DNA from: Nitrospinaceae bacterium
GTDB taxonomy: Bacteria; Nitrospinota; Nitrospinia; Nitrospinales; JACRGP01
Length of the DNA: 64,000 nt
NCBI GenBank assembly: GCA_029261555.1
Contig: JAJDBB010000031.1
Coordinates: 47 to 64,046, forward strand
Direction: 5' to 3'
Shown: positions 1 to 10,404 of the stretch, piece by piece
Numbering within the stretch: the first letter of the stretch is position 1
Layout: every line of letters starts with the position of its first letter
Translations under genes and position numbers: made by a program
Notes under the pieces: generated by a model
Told to the model about the DNA's origin: nothing
What the model saw: only the letters and a program-made list of their open reading frames with translations
Databases searched by the model: none

Positions 1-201
1 GGTTCCGAATATAAAGTTCTGAAACGATACCATTAAAAAACGAACCTCATTCTCCGGAGTCAACCCTAAGGGAACCAAGGGAGCCAGATAAATGAAACCC
101 ACCAGGACGGTGTTGAAATTCAGGTTGAGATACAAGGCTCTCCCAAAAACCGCGAGGTACATCACGAAGGCGCTATAAATCCAGAATTCTCCGACGCTCA
201 A
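1..201 (-). CDS. Partial hydrophobic membrane protein (5' part; runs off the window start)
   Basis: Manual translation from TTG at 201, after an AGGGGA RBS-like motif: LSVGEFWIYSAFVMYLAVFGRALYLNLNFNTVLVGFIYLAPLVPLG... Open to position 1; not in the ORF track. Confidence 0.55.
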   Translation of the reverse strand, partial: MSVGEFWIYSAFVMYLAVFGRALYLNLNFNTVLVGFIYLAPLVPLGLTPENEVRFLMVSFQNFIFGT

Positions 202-356
202 GGTTTTATCCCCTATTTTTCCAGTCGCTTTTGGTATATATTAAAATAAAAATTGTGCAAGCGGGTATTTTAGGCGCACAAACCCTGTGATGTAGCCTTC
301 TGGAAGCTCTTTCCAAAAGGTTCCAACTATATATTATAAATATTTGAGGTTTTGTC

Positions 357-2765
357 ATGAATTTGGATTTACGTTCTCTGAACCTTCCTCCGGAAGTCGT
401 CCAGGAAATCGAAGAATTCACCTCGGAGGTCGAACGCCGCAACCGGGGAGAAGCCAACGAAGAGGATTTTAAACGTTTTCGGTTACAGCAGGGCATTTAT
501 GGACAGCGCCAGGAAGAGGAACAAATGGTGCGCACCAAACTGCCCTATGGTCGCATCACCTCCGACCAGATGGCAGTTCTGGCCGAGTACGCGGAAAAAT
601 ACTCCCACGGTATCCTGCACGTAACGACGCGACAAGACGTCCAGTTTCATTTCGTAAAATTAAAAGACGTGCCGGACGCGATGACCTTTCTGTCCGAGCA
701 TGGAATCACCACGCGGGAAGCCTGCGGCAACACCGTGCGCAACGTCACCGGTTGCCATAAATCCGGAACCTGCAAAGAGGAATATTTCGACGTCACCCCC
801 TACGCCCAAGCCGTCTCCGAATATTTACTCCGGCACCAAACGACGCAAAACCTGCCGCGCAAATTCAAAATCAGTTTTGGCGGCTGTCGCGGATGCGGCC
901 TGGCTCCCATTCACGATATCGGGTTGAACGCCAGAATTCAAAATGAAAACGGCAAGGAAATTCGTGGGTTCCGCGTCCTGATGGGCGGCGGACTGGGTTC
1001 CTCCCCGCATTCGGCGAAGTTGCTGACGGAATTTTTACCCGTCGGCGACCTGCTCCGCACCAGCGAGGCGATCGTCCGCGTTTTCGACAAACACGGCGAC
1101 AAGCAAAACCGCAACAAAGCGCGGTTCAAATTCGTGATCGACAAACTGGGACTGGAAAAAGTCCGCGAACTGGTCAAGGAGGAATTCGAGTCGCTGGCCG
1201 ATACGACCTATCCGAAAATCGCGGTTCCAAAAGAGGAAATACCCGCGACCGCCGTCGTCGAACCCACCAACGAATTCGACAACGACCCCGATTTCATCAA
1301 CTGGAAATCCCGCAACACCTGCGCGCAAAAGCAAGACGGGTTTTATAACGTGCAAGTCAAACTCCTGCTGGGAGACATGACCATTCCGCAGGCCCGCGCC
1401 ATCGGCAAAATTTCCAAGGATCTGGGCGGCGGCGTCCTGGTGTTCACCGTTCATCAAAACGTCATGATTCCCTGGGTTAAAGAAGAAGCCTTCGGCAGAG
1501 TGTTTGCCGAGTTGAAAAAAATCGACCTGCACAAATCGGGCACCGAAGAATTGAAGGATATTACTTGCTGTCCTGGGTCCGAAACCTGCAACCTGGGCAT
1601 CACCCATTCGCGCGGCCTGGCCGCCACCCTTACGGAAAGCACGATCAACAAGTACACGTCCTCGCAGGGAATGGACGGAGTGTCCATTAAAATCAGCGGC
1701 TGTCCAAATTCCTGCGGCCAACATCACATCGCCTCCATGGGTTTTAACGGCGGAGCCAAGAAGGTCAACGGCATATTAACGCCGCACTACGAGGTGATGA
1801 TGGGCGGAAGGATTACGGACGACAAGGCGGATTTTGGAACTCCGGTCATCAAAATTCCCGCGAAGAACGTAGCCTCGGCGGTAAGTCTCTCCATGGACAA
1901 TTACAAGGAAAACAGAAAGGGAGATGAAACCTTTTCGGATTATTTCGACCGCATGGGGAAAAAATATTTCTCCGAATTGCTTGACGACTTAAAGAATCTC
2001 CCGGCAATAGAGGAAGCTCCCGATTCCTACATCGATTTCTTCTCGGAGGGGAAAAAGTTTTCGCTGGACGACCGCGGCCAAGGGGAGTGTGCCGGCGCCT
2101 TGACGGACATCATCCAGGACCATATGGCCTTGGGCGACCGCGCCCTGTTCCAGGCCAAACTGGCGATCGAAAAAGAATCGGTCGCGGACGCCGCGCGGCA
2201 CTCCAGCCGAGCCATAGCGGCTTACGCGCATGCCTTGTTGATGACGGAAGGAATGGACTTTTCCGACGACATGAAAACTCTGGAGAAATTTCAATCGCTT
2301 ATGGTGGAAACCGGAATCGTTTCGGAAAGTTTTGAAGGAATCGCCGAGCGGTTCGCCGCAATGCAGGAAGACGCCGACCTGGAGCAAACGCAAGCGGCCT
2401 ATAAAGAAGCGCAACAACTGGCGCAGGACAGTCAGGAAGCTTACCAAAAAATGAAGAGCGATAAATCCCTACGCATCCGCGTCGGCTCTACCGGCAATAA
2501 GGGAAGCGCCGCTCCAACGACGTCGACCGCGTCTGGAAACGGTAAGGCAAAATCCGTCGATCTTTTGGGTGAAAAGTATCCCAACAGCTACGTCAAAACC
2601 AAGCTTCAGGTTGAAAGTCTGGCGAAGGGCGCCCGCTTGGAAGTGTTGATGGATTCGGGAGAATCCTCGGACAACATTCCCGGCAACCTTCAAAAAGAAG
2701 GCCACCTCCTGATTTCAATGGACAAGGCGGGCGATCATTTCAAAATGATCATAGAAAAGGTTTAA
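357..2765 (+). CDS. Siroheme [4Fe-4S] nitrite/sulfite reductase with C-terminal HEPN-like helical and TusA/SirA-like domains
   Basis: RLQQGIYGQRQ, HVTTRQDVQ, EACGNTVRN and NLPRKFKI motifs; cluster/siroheme ligands CCPGSETC and SGCPNSCGQH; C-terminal VDLLGEKYPNSYVKTKL...LEVLMD resembles TusA. Confidence 0.88.
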   Translation: MNLDLRSLNLPPEVVQEIEEFTSEVERRNRGEANEEDFKRFRLQQGIYGQRQEEEQMVRTKLPYGRITSDQMAVLAEYAEKYSHGILHVTTRQDVQFHFVKLKDVPDAMTFLSEHGITTREACGNTVRNVTGCHKSGTCKEEYFDVTPYAQAVSEYLLRHQTTQNLPRKFKISFGGCRGCGLAPIHDIGLNARIQNENGKEIRGFRVLMGGGLGSSPHSAKLLTEFLPVGDLLRTSEAIVRVFDKHGDKQNRNKARFKFVIDKLGLEKVRELVKEEFESLADTTYPKIAVPKEEIPATAVVEPTNEFDNDPDFINWKSRNTCAQKQDGFYNVQVKLLLGDMTIPQARAIGKISKDLGGGVLVFTVHQNVMIPWVKEEAFGRVFAELKKIDLHKSGTEELKDITCCPGSETCNLGITHSRGLAATLTESTINKYTSSQGMDGVSIKISGCPNSCGQHHIASMGFNGGAKKVNGILTPHYEVMMGGRITDDKADFGTPVIKIPAKNVASAVSLSMDNYKENRKGDETFSDYFDRMGKKYFSELLDDLKNLPAIEEAPDSYIDFFSEGKKFSLDDRGQGECAGALTDIIQDHMALGDRALFQAKLAIEKESVADAARHSSRAIAAYAHALLMTEGMDFSDDMKTLEKFQSLMVETGIVSESFEGIAERFAAMQEDADLEQTQAAYKEAQQLAQDSQEAYQKMKSDKSLRIRVGSTGNKGSAAPTTSTASGNGKAKSVDLLGEKYPNSYVKTKLQVESLAKGARLEVLMDSGESSDNIPGNLQKEGHLLISMDKAGDHFKMIIEKV

Positions 2766-2771
2766 TGGAGG

Positions 2772-3653
2772 ATGCTTAAAAGCATGACCGGATTTGGCCG
2801 GTCTGAACAACAAAACGGGAATGTTTCCTGCAAGGTTGAAATTCGGTCGGTCAACAACCGTTTCATTGAGGTCAAAACCCGTCTTCCCAAAAACCTGTCC
2901 GCCCTTGAAATAACCGTTCAGAAACTGGTCAAGAGGATTTGCGCGCGCGGGTCGTTCGACGTTTCCATCAGTATCGACACAACCAACGGCGGGGAAACGG
3001 ATTGCGAATTGGTCCCCAACCTCGGACTTGCCGCGCAATACGTCCAGGCCGCCGACCAGATTCAGAAAGAGTTTGGGTTGCAGGGAAGCCTTGATATCAA
3101 CTCGCTCCTTTCGATTCGCGACGTCGTAAAGTTTCAACCTGTGGAGGTCGACGAATCGCAAAGCGAAATCATTCTCCAATCCGTTGAAACGGCGCTTGGA
3201 GCTTTGACACAAATGCGCGAGACGGAAGGCAAAAGCCTGCATCAAGACGTATTGGGCCGAATTGAATCCATTGAGAAAATATTGGAAACCGTCAAAACCC
3301 GGCAACCGGAAATTTTGCAGGAATATCAGACTCGGTTGGGAGAGAAAGTAAAAATCCTTAACGAGGGAGTGGACTTGGACCCTGCCAGGCTGGCGCAGGA
3401 AGTGGCCGTCATGGCCGACCGATGCGACGTGAGCGAGGAGACCACGCGCTTGGCCTGCCACCTGGAACAATTTAAAGTTTTGTTGGACAAGGACGAACCG
3501 ATCGGGAGGAAGCTGGAATTCATCACCCAGGAAATCAACCGCGAGGTCAACACTATCGGTTCCAAAACAACCGACTCCGAGGTATCCGGCGGGGTGATCG
3601 AGATCAAAAGTCTTCTGGAAAAAATACGCGAGCAATTGGCAAATATAGAGTGA
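2772..3653 (+). CDS. yicC: YicC/YloC family endoribonuclease
   Basis: MLKSMTGFGR, EIRSVNNRF, GRKLEFITQEINREVNTIGSK and EKIREQLANIE; upstream of gmk as usual. Confidence 0.93.
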   Translation: MLKSMTGFGRSEQQNGNVSCKVEIRSVNNRFIEVKTRLPKNLSALEITVQKLVKRICARGSFDVSISIDTTNGGETDCELVPNLGLAAQYVQAADQIQKEFGLQGSLDINSLLSIRDVVKFQPVEVDESQSEIILQSVETALGALTQMRETEGKSLHQDVLGRIESIEKILETVKTRQPEILQEYQTRLGEKVKILNEGVDLDPARLAQEVAVMADRCDVSEETTRLACHLEQFKVLLDKDEPIGRKLEFITQEINREVNTIGSKTTDSEVSGGVIEIKSLLEKIREQLANIE

Positions 3654-3707
3654 GCCGTTCTGGCTCCTAATAATTCCTTTTCCAAATCCCCTGCATTTCC
3701 AAGCGCC

Positions 3708-4337
3708 ATGAAAACCGAAGGCATATCCTACATACTCTCCGCCCCTTCGGGGACGGGTAAGAGCACCGTCATCAAGCGACTGCGAGAGCTGGCCCCCAAC
3801 CTGAAGCTTTCCATTTCCCATACCACCCGCTCCCCACGAAAAAACGAAGTCGACGGCGAGGATTATTTTTTCATTTCCGAAGATGAATTCAAAGCCCGCC
3901 TAGAAAAAAAAGAATTTCTGGAATGGGCCAGAGTCCACAATAATTATTATGGAACCGCGCGGCAAACCGTCGACAAGGCCAGAGAGAACGGCTGGGACGT
4001 CTTATTGGAAATCGACGTCCAGGGAGTCCAGACGCTCCGTGACATGACATTTCCCGGCGTTTATATTTTTATCGTCCCCCCGTCCCTGGACGAATTGCGC
4101 AGGCGCCTGGTGAAAAGGGGCACTGAACCGGAAGAAAAAATCGAACAACGTCTCCAGGTTGGAAAGGAAGAAATCAAACGCTACAAACTGTACGATTATA
4201 TAGTCGCGAACCACGACGTTGAGGAAACGGCAACCAACATTCTTTCCATCTTCCGCGCGGCGCCGTGCGAGACCAACCGTTTCCAGGCGCCTTCGGAAGA
4301 CATCCAGGCTCTTTTGGAATCAGAAGGCGAGAGATAA
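3708..4337 (+). CDS. gmk: Guanylate kinase
   Basis: P-loop SAPSGTGKST, SISHTTRSPRKNEVDGEDYFF, NNYYGT, LEIDVQG. Confidence 0.96.
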   Translation: MKTEGISYILSAPSGTGKSTVIKRLRELAPNLKLSISHTTRSPRKNEVDGEDYFFISEDEFKARLEKKEFLEWARVHNNYYGTARQTVDKARENGWDVLLEIDVQGVQTLRDMTFPGVYIFIVPPSLDELRRRLVKRGTEPEEKIEQRLQVGKEEIKRYKLYDYIVANHDVEETATNILSIFRAAPCETNRFQAPSEDIQALLESEGER

Positions 4338-4339
4338 TA

Positions 4340-5422
4340 ATGTCGAACATCGATTTGGAATCAAAAGTCCGCCCGGCTATAAAAAAACTCAAGGCCTACC
4401 ATGTCGACGCCTTCGACTGCGAAGTCCAGTTGCACGCCAACGAAAGCCCCTATCCCCCGCCGCCGGAACTTCTGCAATCTTTGGGAATCCAGTTGGGGGA
4501 TTTGGAACTGAACCGTTATCCCGATCCCGCCTGCCAGACCTTGCGCGCAACCATCGCCAAAAGAATTGGCCTCGCCGCCGGCCAGATCGTCGTCGGCAAC
4601 GGGTCGGACGAAATGATCCAAATCCTGATGCAAATCTTCTGCGAGAGCGGCGATTGCGTCGCCTTCCCCGATCCAACGTTTGCGATGTACTCTATCATCG
4701 CGCAAAGCATGGGCGTGGAACCGCTGGCCGTCCCGCTCGACGAGAACTGGGATTTCACCGCCGAATTTTTTCTTAAAAGCGTCGAATCTAAAAATCCAAA
4801 AATTATTTTTTTCAGTTATCCCAACAACCCGACCGGCAACTGTTTCTCCGCGGACGCAATCCAAAAGATCATCGAAAGCTTTTCCGGGATTGTCGTGCTG
4901 GACGAAGCCTATCAGGATTTCTCCGGCAAAACGTTTGTCGCCGAAATGGCCCGTCACAATAACCTAGTGATGTTGCGGAGTCTTTCAAAAATTGGGCTGG
5001 CGGGTCTGCGCGTGGGATATTGCGCCGCCGACCCCTACGTCGCTGAAAACATCGATAAAGTCCGGTTGCCTTACAATTCCAATTCCGTGTCGCAAATTAT
5101 TTCCGAAAAACTCCTAGCCAATTTTTCGATGATTGAAACTCAAATCGAAGCCATAACCAAAGAGAGAGACCGCTTGATGGCGGCGCTCGCGGAACCCCCC
5201 GAAGTAACGGTATTCCCCTCGGACTCGAATTTTATTTTATTTCGCGTAAAAGAAGCGGACGCCTTATTTAAAACTCTTGCCGACCGGGGCGTGTTGATTC
5301 GCAACCTGGGTTCCCATCCCCGCCTGACGGGTTGCCTGCGCGTCACCGTTGGAACCCGCGAGGAGAACGATCGCTTCCTTTCCAAAATGAAACTTGCGCT
5401 TCGAGACTCAACGAACGCCTGA
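4340..5422 (+). CDS. hisC: Histidinol-phosphate aminotransferase
   Basis: LHANESP, LNRYPDP, GNGSDE, PNNPTG, DEAY and RSLSKIGLAGLRVGY; start placed at ATG 4340 just after the gmk stop. Confidence 0.93.
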   Translation: MSNIDLESKVRPAIKKLKAYHVDAFDCEVQLHANESPYPPPPELLQSLGIQLGDLELNRYPDPACQTLRATIAKRIGLAAGQIVVGNGSDEMIQILMQIFCESGDCVAFPDPTFAMYSIIAQSMGVEPLAVPLDENWDFTAEFFLKSVESKNPKIIFFSYPNNPTGNCFSADAIQKIIESFSGIVVLDEAYQDFSGKTFVAEMARHNNLVMLRSLSKIGLAGLRVGYCAADPYVAENIDKVRLPYNSNSVSQIISEKLLANFSMIETQIEAITKERDRLMAALAEPPEVTVFPSDSNFILFRVKEADALFKTLADRGVLIRNLGSHPRLTGCLRVTVGTREENDRFLSKMKLALRDSTNA

Positions 5423-5454
5423 GAACCCACGTAACGGGAAAGCGGAGAGAGAAG

Positions 5455-6471
5455 ATGAAAGTTTCCAAACCGGCTTTTCTAACCTTTCTGTTTTTGGGAA
5501 TCAGCTTGGCGTGGTTTTTGGGATGGCGGTTTTATTATGAAGCCCACCGCCCCACAAACCCAAAAGGCTCCCCTTTGGTTATAGAAATCAAACAGGGATC
5601 GCATTTAAAACAAATCGCCCTCGCACTGGAATCGAAGCGCCTGATTCGAAGCGCGACCGTATTCCGGATTCTGGCCTACCTTAAAAATAATCAAAACAAA
5701 ATCAAATCCGGAGAGTATGAATTATCCCCGGCGGATACCGCCGCCGGTATTCTTCAAAAACTCACCGAAGGCCAAAGCGTCCTGCACCCGGTCACCTTCC
5801 CCGAAGGATTTAATCGGCGCGAGATAGCCGGTCTTCTGGAACAAAAGGGACTGGCCGACTCCGGGAAGTTTCTGAAACTGAGCGCGGACGCCGACTTTAT
5901 TCGCGCGCTTGGATTTTCAGCGCCGACGTTGGAAGGCTATCTGTTTCCTGAAACCTATCATTTCAACAAAACGACGGGCGCAGATAAAATTATCCGGACT
6001 ATGGCGGACACGTTTAAAAAGCAAACCCGCTCCCTGAATCTGGAAACGCGAGCAAGAACGTTAAATTTTTCTCCTCATGAAATCGTTACCCTGGCCTCAA
6101 TCATTGAAAAGGAAACCGGCAAAAATTCCGAGAGACGAGTAATATCCAGCGTGTTTCACAACCGCCTCAAAAAGAACATGCGCCTGCAATCCGACCCCAC
6201 GGTCATTTTCGCTATCAAGGATTTCGACGGCAATATCCGCAAAAAGGACCTGTCGATAGACTCGCCTTACAACACCTACAGATATAAAGGCCTGCCGCCA
6301 GGTCCCATTGCCAACCCCGGGATAGAGTCCATTCGAGCCGCTTTGGCCCCCGCGGAAACAGGTTTTATCTATTTCGTTTCCAAACAGGACGGCAGTCACA
6401 AGTTTTCCACCAACCTCATCGAGCACAACCGGGCAGTGAGAAAGTATCAATTGAAACGAATCCATCGATAA
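5455..6471 (+). CDS. mltG: Endolytic transglycosylase MltG
   Basis: N-terminal TM helix; TFPEG, LEGYLFPETY, LASIIEKET, LQSDPTV, SPYNTY, GLPPGPIANPG; start placed at ATG 5455. Confidence 0.94.
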   Translation: MKVSKPAFLTFLFLGISLAWFLGWRFYYEAHRPTNPKGSPLVIEIKQGSHLKQIALALESKRLIRSATVFRILAYLKNNQNKIKSGEYELSPADTAAGILQKLTEGQSVLHPVTFPEGFNRREIAGLLEQKGLADSGKFLKLSADADFIRALGFSAPTLEGYLFPETYHFNKTTGADKIIRTMADTFKKQTRSLNLETRARTLNFSPHEIVTLASIIEKETGKNSERRVISSVFHNRLKKNMRLQSDPTVIFAIKDFDGNIRKKDLSIDSPYNTYRYKGLPPGPIANPGIESIRAALAPAETGFIYFVSKQDGSHKFSTNLIEHNRAVRKYQLKRIHR

Positions 6472-6509
6472 CCTCCATTCCCTCACTCCTTTATCCCTCC
6501 TTAGTAAAT

Positions 6510-6663
6510 TGCCTAAATTTTAGGCGCCTTCGATATACATATTTCCGCAAAACAATACCGCTTATTCCCTTTTAATTTGCCTATTTACTTCCTCATCTCT
6601 TAAAAAAATGATAAATTAGGGCAGAACTTTTTCAATAAAATTGCCTCTTTTTATTTTGGGCAA
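6510..6663. promoter_or_regulatory. Cluster of TGCC...GGCA palindromic operator-like sites upstream of amt
   Basis: TGCCTAAATTTTAGGCG (6510-6526), TTGCCTATT (~6577), AATTAGGGCA (6614-6623), TTGCC-N13-GGCAA (6641-6663). Confidence 0.45.
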
Positions 6664-6701
6664 AATGTCGATAAGAATTCTTATGGAGAAGGGGGAAATC
6701 C

Positions 6702-7928
6702 ATGGAGAACACAGTGGCCTTAGAAAATAGCGGCGACGTTCTGTTCATGATGTTGGGAGCGGTTATGGTATTCGCCATGCACGGAGGGTTTGCGTTCCTG
6801 GAAGTGGGAACGGTGAGAAAGAAAAATCAGGTTAACGCCCTGGTAAAAATCATCGCCGATTTCGCTTTTTCTACCGTCATATATTTTGTCATTGGTTACG
6901 CCGTGGCTTACGGAATCTACTTCTACCAGTCCGCCGAGGTTTTGGTAGGCGAAACCCGCGGCTACGAGATGGTGCACTTTTTCTTTTTGCTGACCTTCGC
7001 GGCGGCGGTTCCCGCAATCATTTCCGGAGGCATCGCCGAACGGGCCAAATTCTGGACCCAGGCGCTCGCCGCCGGGATATTCGTAGCGTTCGCCTATTCA
7101 TTGTTTGAAGGCATGGTTTGGGGGCAGATCACTTTTCTGGGACAGGACGGCTCTTGGCTGGCCAACCTCACCGGCGCTCCGTTTCACGATTACGCCGGTT
7201 CCGTGGTGGTGCATTCCATGGGAGGCTGGATCGCTCTGACCGCCGTTTATGTCCTGGGACCGCGCATAGGACGCTGGACCTCGGATGGACAAAGCCGTCC
7301 CATTCCCGTCAGCAACATTCCCTTCCTCGCGTTGGGAAGTTGGATGCTCTGCATCGGCTGGTTCGGATTTAACGTCATGTCCGCCGCAACCCTCACGGGC
7401 ATTACCGGACTCGTGGCCATGAATTCGCTGTTTGCCATGGCGGGGGGAATTATCTTCGCGCTCGTGGTTTCCAAAAATGATCCGGGGTTTGTGCACAACG
7501 GCGCCTTGGCGGGACTCGTCGCCATTTGTGCGGGATCGGACAAGGTTCACCCTCTCGGCGCTTTCATCATAGGCGGCGTCGCGGCAATAATCTTTGTCAA
7601 AGGGTTTACCTGGGAACAGGAAAAATTAAAACTGGACGACGTGCTAGGCGTCTGGCCCCTGCACGGTCTCGCCGGAACCTGGGGCGGAATCGCCTGCGGC
7701 ATTTTTGGAAGCAAAGCGTTGGGCGGCATGGGCGGAGTCAGCTTCATGGCCCAGTTCATCGGATCCCTGATCGCTATCGTCGTGGCGCTGGGTTTCGGGT
7801 TGGCGGTTTATAAAACTCTGGATTCTGTTTTCGGCATTCGCCTGTCTCCTGAAGAAGAAGCTAAAGGCTCTGACTTGACGATTCACAAGGTCAACGCCTA
7901 TCCGGAAGAGGGCACAACTCGATTTTAG
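6702..7928 (+). CDS. amt: Ammonium transporter (Amt family)
   Basis: Multi-TM protein; GFAFLEVGTVR, ISGGIAER, DYAGSVVVH, GWFGFN, DDVLGVWPLHG (both conserved His present). Confidence 0.95.
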   Translation: MENTVALENSGDVLFMMLGAVMVFAMHGGFAFLEVGTVRKKNQVNALVKIIADFAFSTVIYFVIGYAVAYGIYFYQSAEVLVGETRGYEMVHFFFLLTFAAAVPAIISGGIAERAKFWTQALAAGIFVAFAYSLFEGMVWGQITFLGQDGSWLANLTGAPFHDYAGSVVVHSMGGWIALTAVYVLGPRIGRWTSDGQSRPIPVSNIPFLALGSWMLCIGWFGFNVMSAATLTGITGLVAMNSLFAMAGGIIFALVVSKNDPGFVHNGALAGLVAICAGSDKVHPLGAFIIGGVAAIIFVKGFTWEQEKLKLDDVLGVWPLHGLAGTWGGIACGIFGSKALGGMGGVSFMAQFIGSLIAIVVALGFGLAVYKTLDSVFGIRLSPEEEAKGSDLTIHKVNAYPEEGTTRF

Positions 7929-7963
7929 GTTCAGGATTTACGGATTTTGACGTTAATGTACCT

Positions 7964-10297
7964 ATGAAGAGTCTTATTCTAAAAAATCCTATCGCCGCAA
8001 GCCTGTTCGTTCTGGTTTTATTCATTGCCGCCCCCTCGGCAAACGGCGAGGACTCTGCTTTTAATCTACCCCCGGCGGACCCAGACGTCGCCCTGCGTCT
8101 TCTGCCGGACCGGTATCAAAAAGCCGTCGAAAACGATCCGCAAAACTATGTCGCCCTGTTTGCCCTCGGCCAGGCTAACCAAAGCCTGGGCTTACACGAG
8201 GAGGCCGTCAAGCTCTTCCAGAAAGTTCTCGAAATCGAACCGCTGTACGCGGCGGCTTATCATGGAATCGGGAGCAGTTACATTCAAACTGGCAAGCTTG
8301 AAAAAGCGCTGGCGTCTTACCGAGAGGCCATGCTTCTCGACCCCTTCTACCCGGACGCTCAATATGGAATGGGGTGGGCCTTGAGCCGCATGGGCCGGTT
8401 TGAAGAATCCATCGAACCGCTCGAGCGAGCCGTGGAATTGAACCCCAAACACGCCCCGGCTTTTCTGCTTTTGAGCAAGAGTTATCTGAAAATCAAACAA
8501 CCGCAAAAGGCGGTGGAAAACGTTCGCGCGTCCGTTCGTCTCATTCCCTATGACGCGCAGGCCCATTGGGCGTTGGGCAAAGGCCTGGCCGCCTTGAAAA
8601 AGTTTGCTTCGGCGGTGGAATCTTTTCAGGAATCCGTCCGCCTCAATTCAAGTTTTTACGACGGCTATACCGGGCTTGGAGAAGCCTACATTCAGTCTGA
8701 AAAAAACGAACTTGCAGTTTTGGCCCTTAAAGACGCGGTCCGGGTTGAACCCAAAATCGGGGACGCTTATGAAGCGCTAGGGAGAGCATACAGAAACCTG
8801 GGAAAATACAAGGAATCTCTGGACTCCTTCAAGCGATTCTCCCAAATCGAGTTTAAAAACCCGATGGCTTTTTTCAAACTAGGCAAAGCCCAAGCCCTTT
8901 TGGAGTTGCATGCCAAAGCCATTGAGAGTTTCGAAAAGGCTTTAAAGTGGGATCCCAATTTGGCCAAGAGTCATTATTATATAGGAAAATCTTACGAAGC
9001 CCTCGAAGCCTACCCGAAAGCCGTTAAGCATTATAAAAAGGCCGTACAACAGGATCCGAACATCATCGAAGCCCAGTACCGGTTGGGAGAACTGGTGGTG
9101 AAACGCGACGACTATGAATCGGCGGCGAAAGCCTTTGAAGACGTCGTTCGGGCAGACCCCAGTCACGTCACCGCGCGGATTCGCCTGGGATGGGCTTACG
9201 CGCATCTCGAAAGATACCAAGACGCCCTACAACAATACCTGGAAGCCGCAAGGTTGAAGCCCAAATCGTCCTCGGTCTATTATCAGCTTGGCGTGGTGTA
9301 CGGAAAGCTGGAGCGTTTAGGCGACGCGGAAACGGCTCTAAAAGAATCCATCCGCCTGGATCCCGGATTCTCCTCCGCCTACCTGGAACTGGGCCAAACT
9401 TACGTCCGGCAGAACCGTTTTGCGGAAGCCCTGAAACCTTTAACCGTCGCCGTGGCCGCCTACCCGGAAAACGACCGGGCCTGGTTGGGACTCGGCACGG
9501 CCCATTACTCTATCAAGCAATACGTCAAAGCGGTCGAGCCATTGGAAAATGCCGTCCGGCTCAACCCCAAAAGTCCGCGAGCCAACTTTCTTTTTGGGGA
9601 ATGCTTGCTGAAACTGGACCGCTACAAAGAAGCCGTTGCCCCGCTAAAAAAAGCGGTTTCCCTGGAAAATAACCCAGATTTTTCCGAATCCTGGAAGGAG
9701 CTGGGAGCCATTTACTGGAGGTTAAAACGTTACGACGAGTCCATTAAAGCCTACCGGACAGCGATTCAGTTAAACTCCAACCACGCAGGGGCTTACCACG
9801 ACTTGGGACTGGTTTATACCGAGCTTGAGAAAACCGCCCTGGCCGTCGACAATTTTGCTCATGCCGTGCGGATCAATCCCCAATACACGCAAGCCCATTT
9901 CAACCTGGGACTGGCTTACGAAATAATAGGGAGACACGAAGAGGCAATCCGTGAATATAAAATCACGGCCAAACAAGATCCCATCCGGGAGGAGGTCTAT
10001 ATGAACCTCGGTTGGCTTTATGCTGAAAACCGGCGGTTTGGAGAAGCTCTCCAGACATTTAAAACTTCCACTCGTCTGAACCCCATGAACGCGGATGCGC
10101 ATTTCAGCCTGGGTTGGGTGTTGGGGGAAATGAATCGCGACGCCGAGTCTCTGGCTCCGTTAAAGATGGCAGTGCGGATCACCCCCAATCATTTGGGCGC
10201 CCGGGAACGACTGAAAACCATCTACAAAAAGCTGGGTCCTTCCTTTGAAACAATAGGCTCCGTAGCCCTCCCCTCCCTGGAAACTTTGGGCCGGTAA
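7964..10297 (+). CDS. Exported multi-TPR protein (about 20 TPRs)
   Basis: Signal-peptide-like N-terminus followed by continuous 34-aa TPR repeats. Confidence 0.88.
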   Translation: MKSLILKNPIAASLFVLVLFIAAPSANGEDSAFNLPPADPDVALRLLPDRYQKAVENDPQNYVALFALGQANQSLGLHEEAVKLFQKVLEIEPLYAAAYHGIGSSYIQTGKLEKALASYREAMLLDPFYPDAQYGMGWALSRMGRFEESIEPLERAVELNPKHAPAFLLLSKSYLKIKQPQKAVENVRASVRLIPYDAQAHWALGKGLAALKKFASAVESFQESVRLNSSFYDGYTGLGEAYIQSEKNELAVLALKDAVRVEPKIGDAYEALGRAYRNLGKYKESLDSFKRFSQIEFKNPMAFFKLGKAQALLELHAKAIESFEKALKWDPNLAKSHYYIGKSYEALEAYPKAVKHYKKAVQQDPNIIEAQYRLGELVVKRDDYESAAKAFEDVVRADPSHVTARIRLGWAYAHLERYQDALQQYLEAARLKPKSSSVYYQLGVVYGKLERLGDAETALKESIRLDPGFSSAYLELGQTYVRQNRFAEALKPLTVAVAAYPENDRAWLGLGTAHYSIKQYVKAVEPLENAVRLNPKSPRANFLFGECLLKLDRYKEAVAPLKKAVSLENNPDFSESWKELGAIYWRLKRYDESIKAYRTAIQLNSNHAGAYHDLGLVYTELEKTALAVDNFAHAVRINPQYTQAHFNLGLAYEIIGRHEEAIREYKITAKQDPIREEVYMNLGWLYAENRRFGEALQTFKTSTRLNPMNADAHFSLGWVLGEMNRDAESLAPLKMAVRITPNHLGARERLKTIYKKLGPSFETIGSVALPSLETLGR

Positions 10298-10404
10298 TCG
10301 ACCAAACCTATCATATAGTAATACATAAAATAAATTAATATAATCCATTGTTTTAAAACATTTTTTTAATTCAATAAAATAGAGCGCCAACAATGCCTCC
10401 GGCG

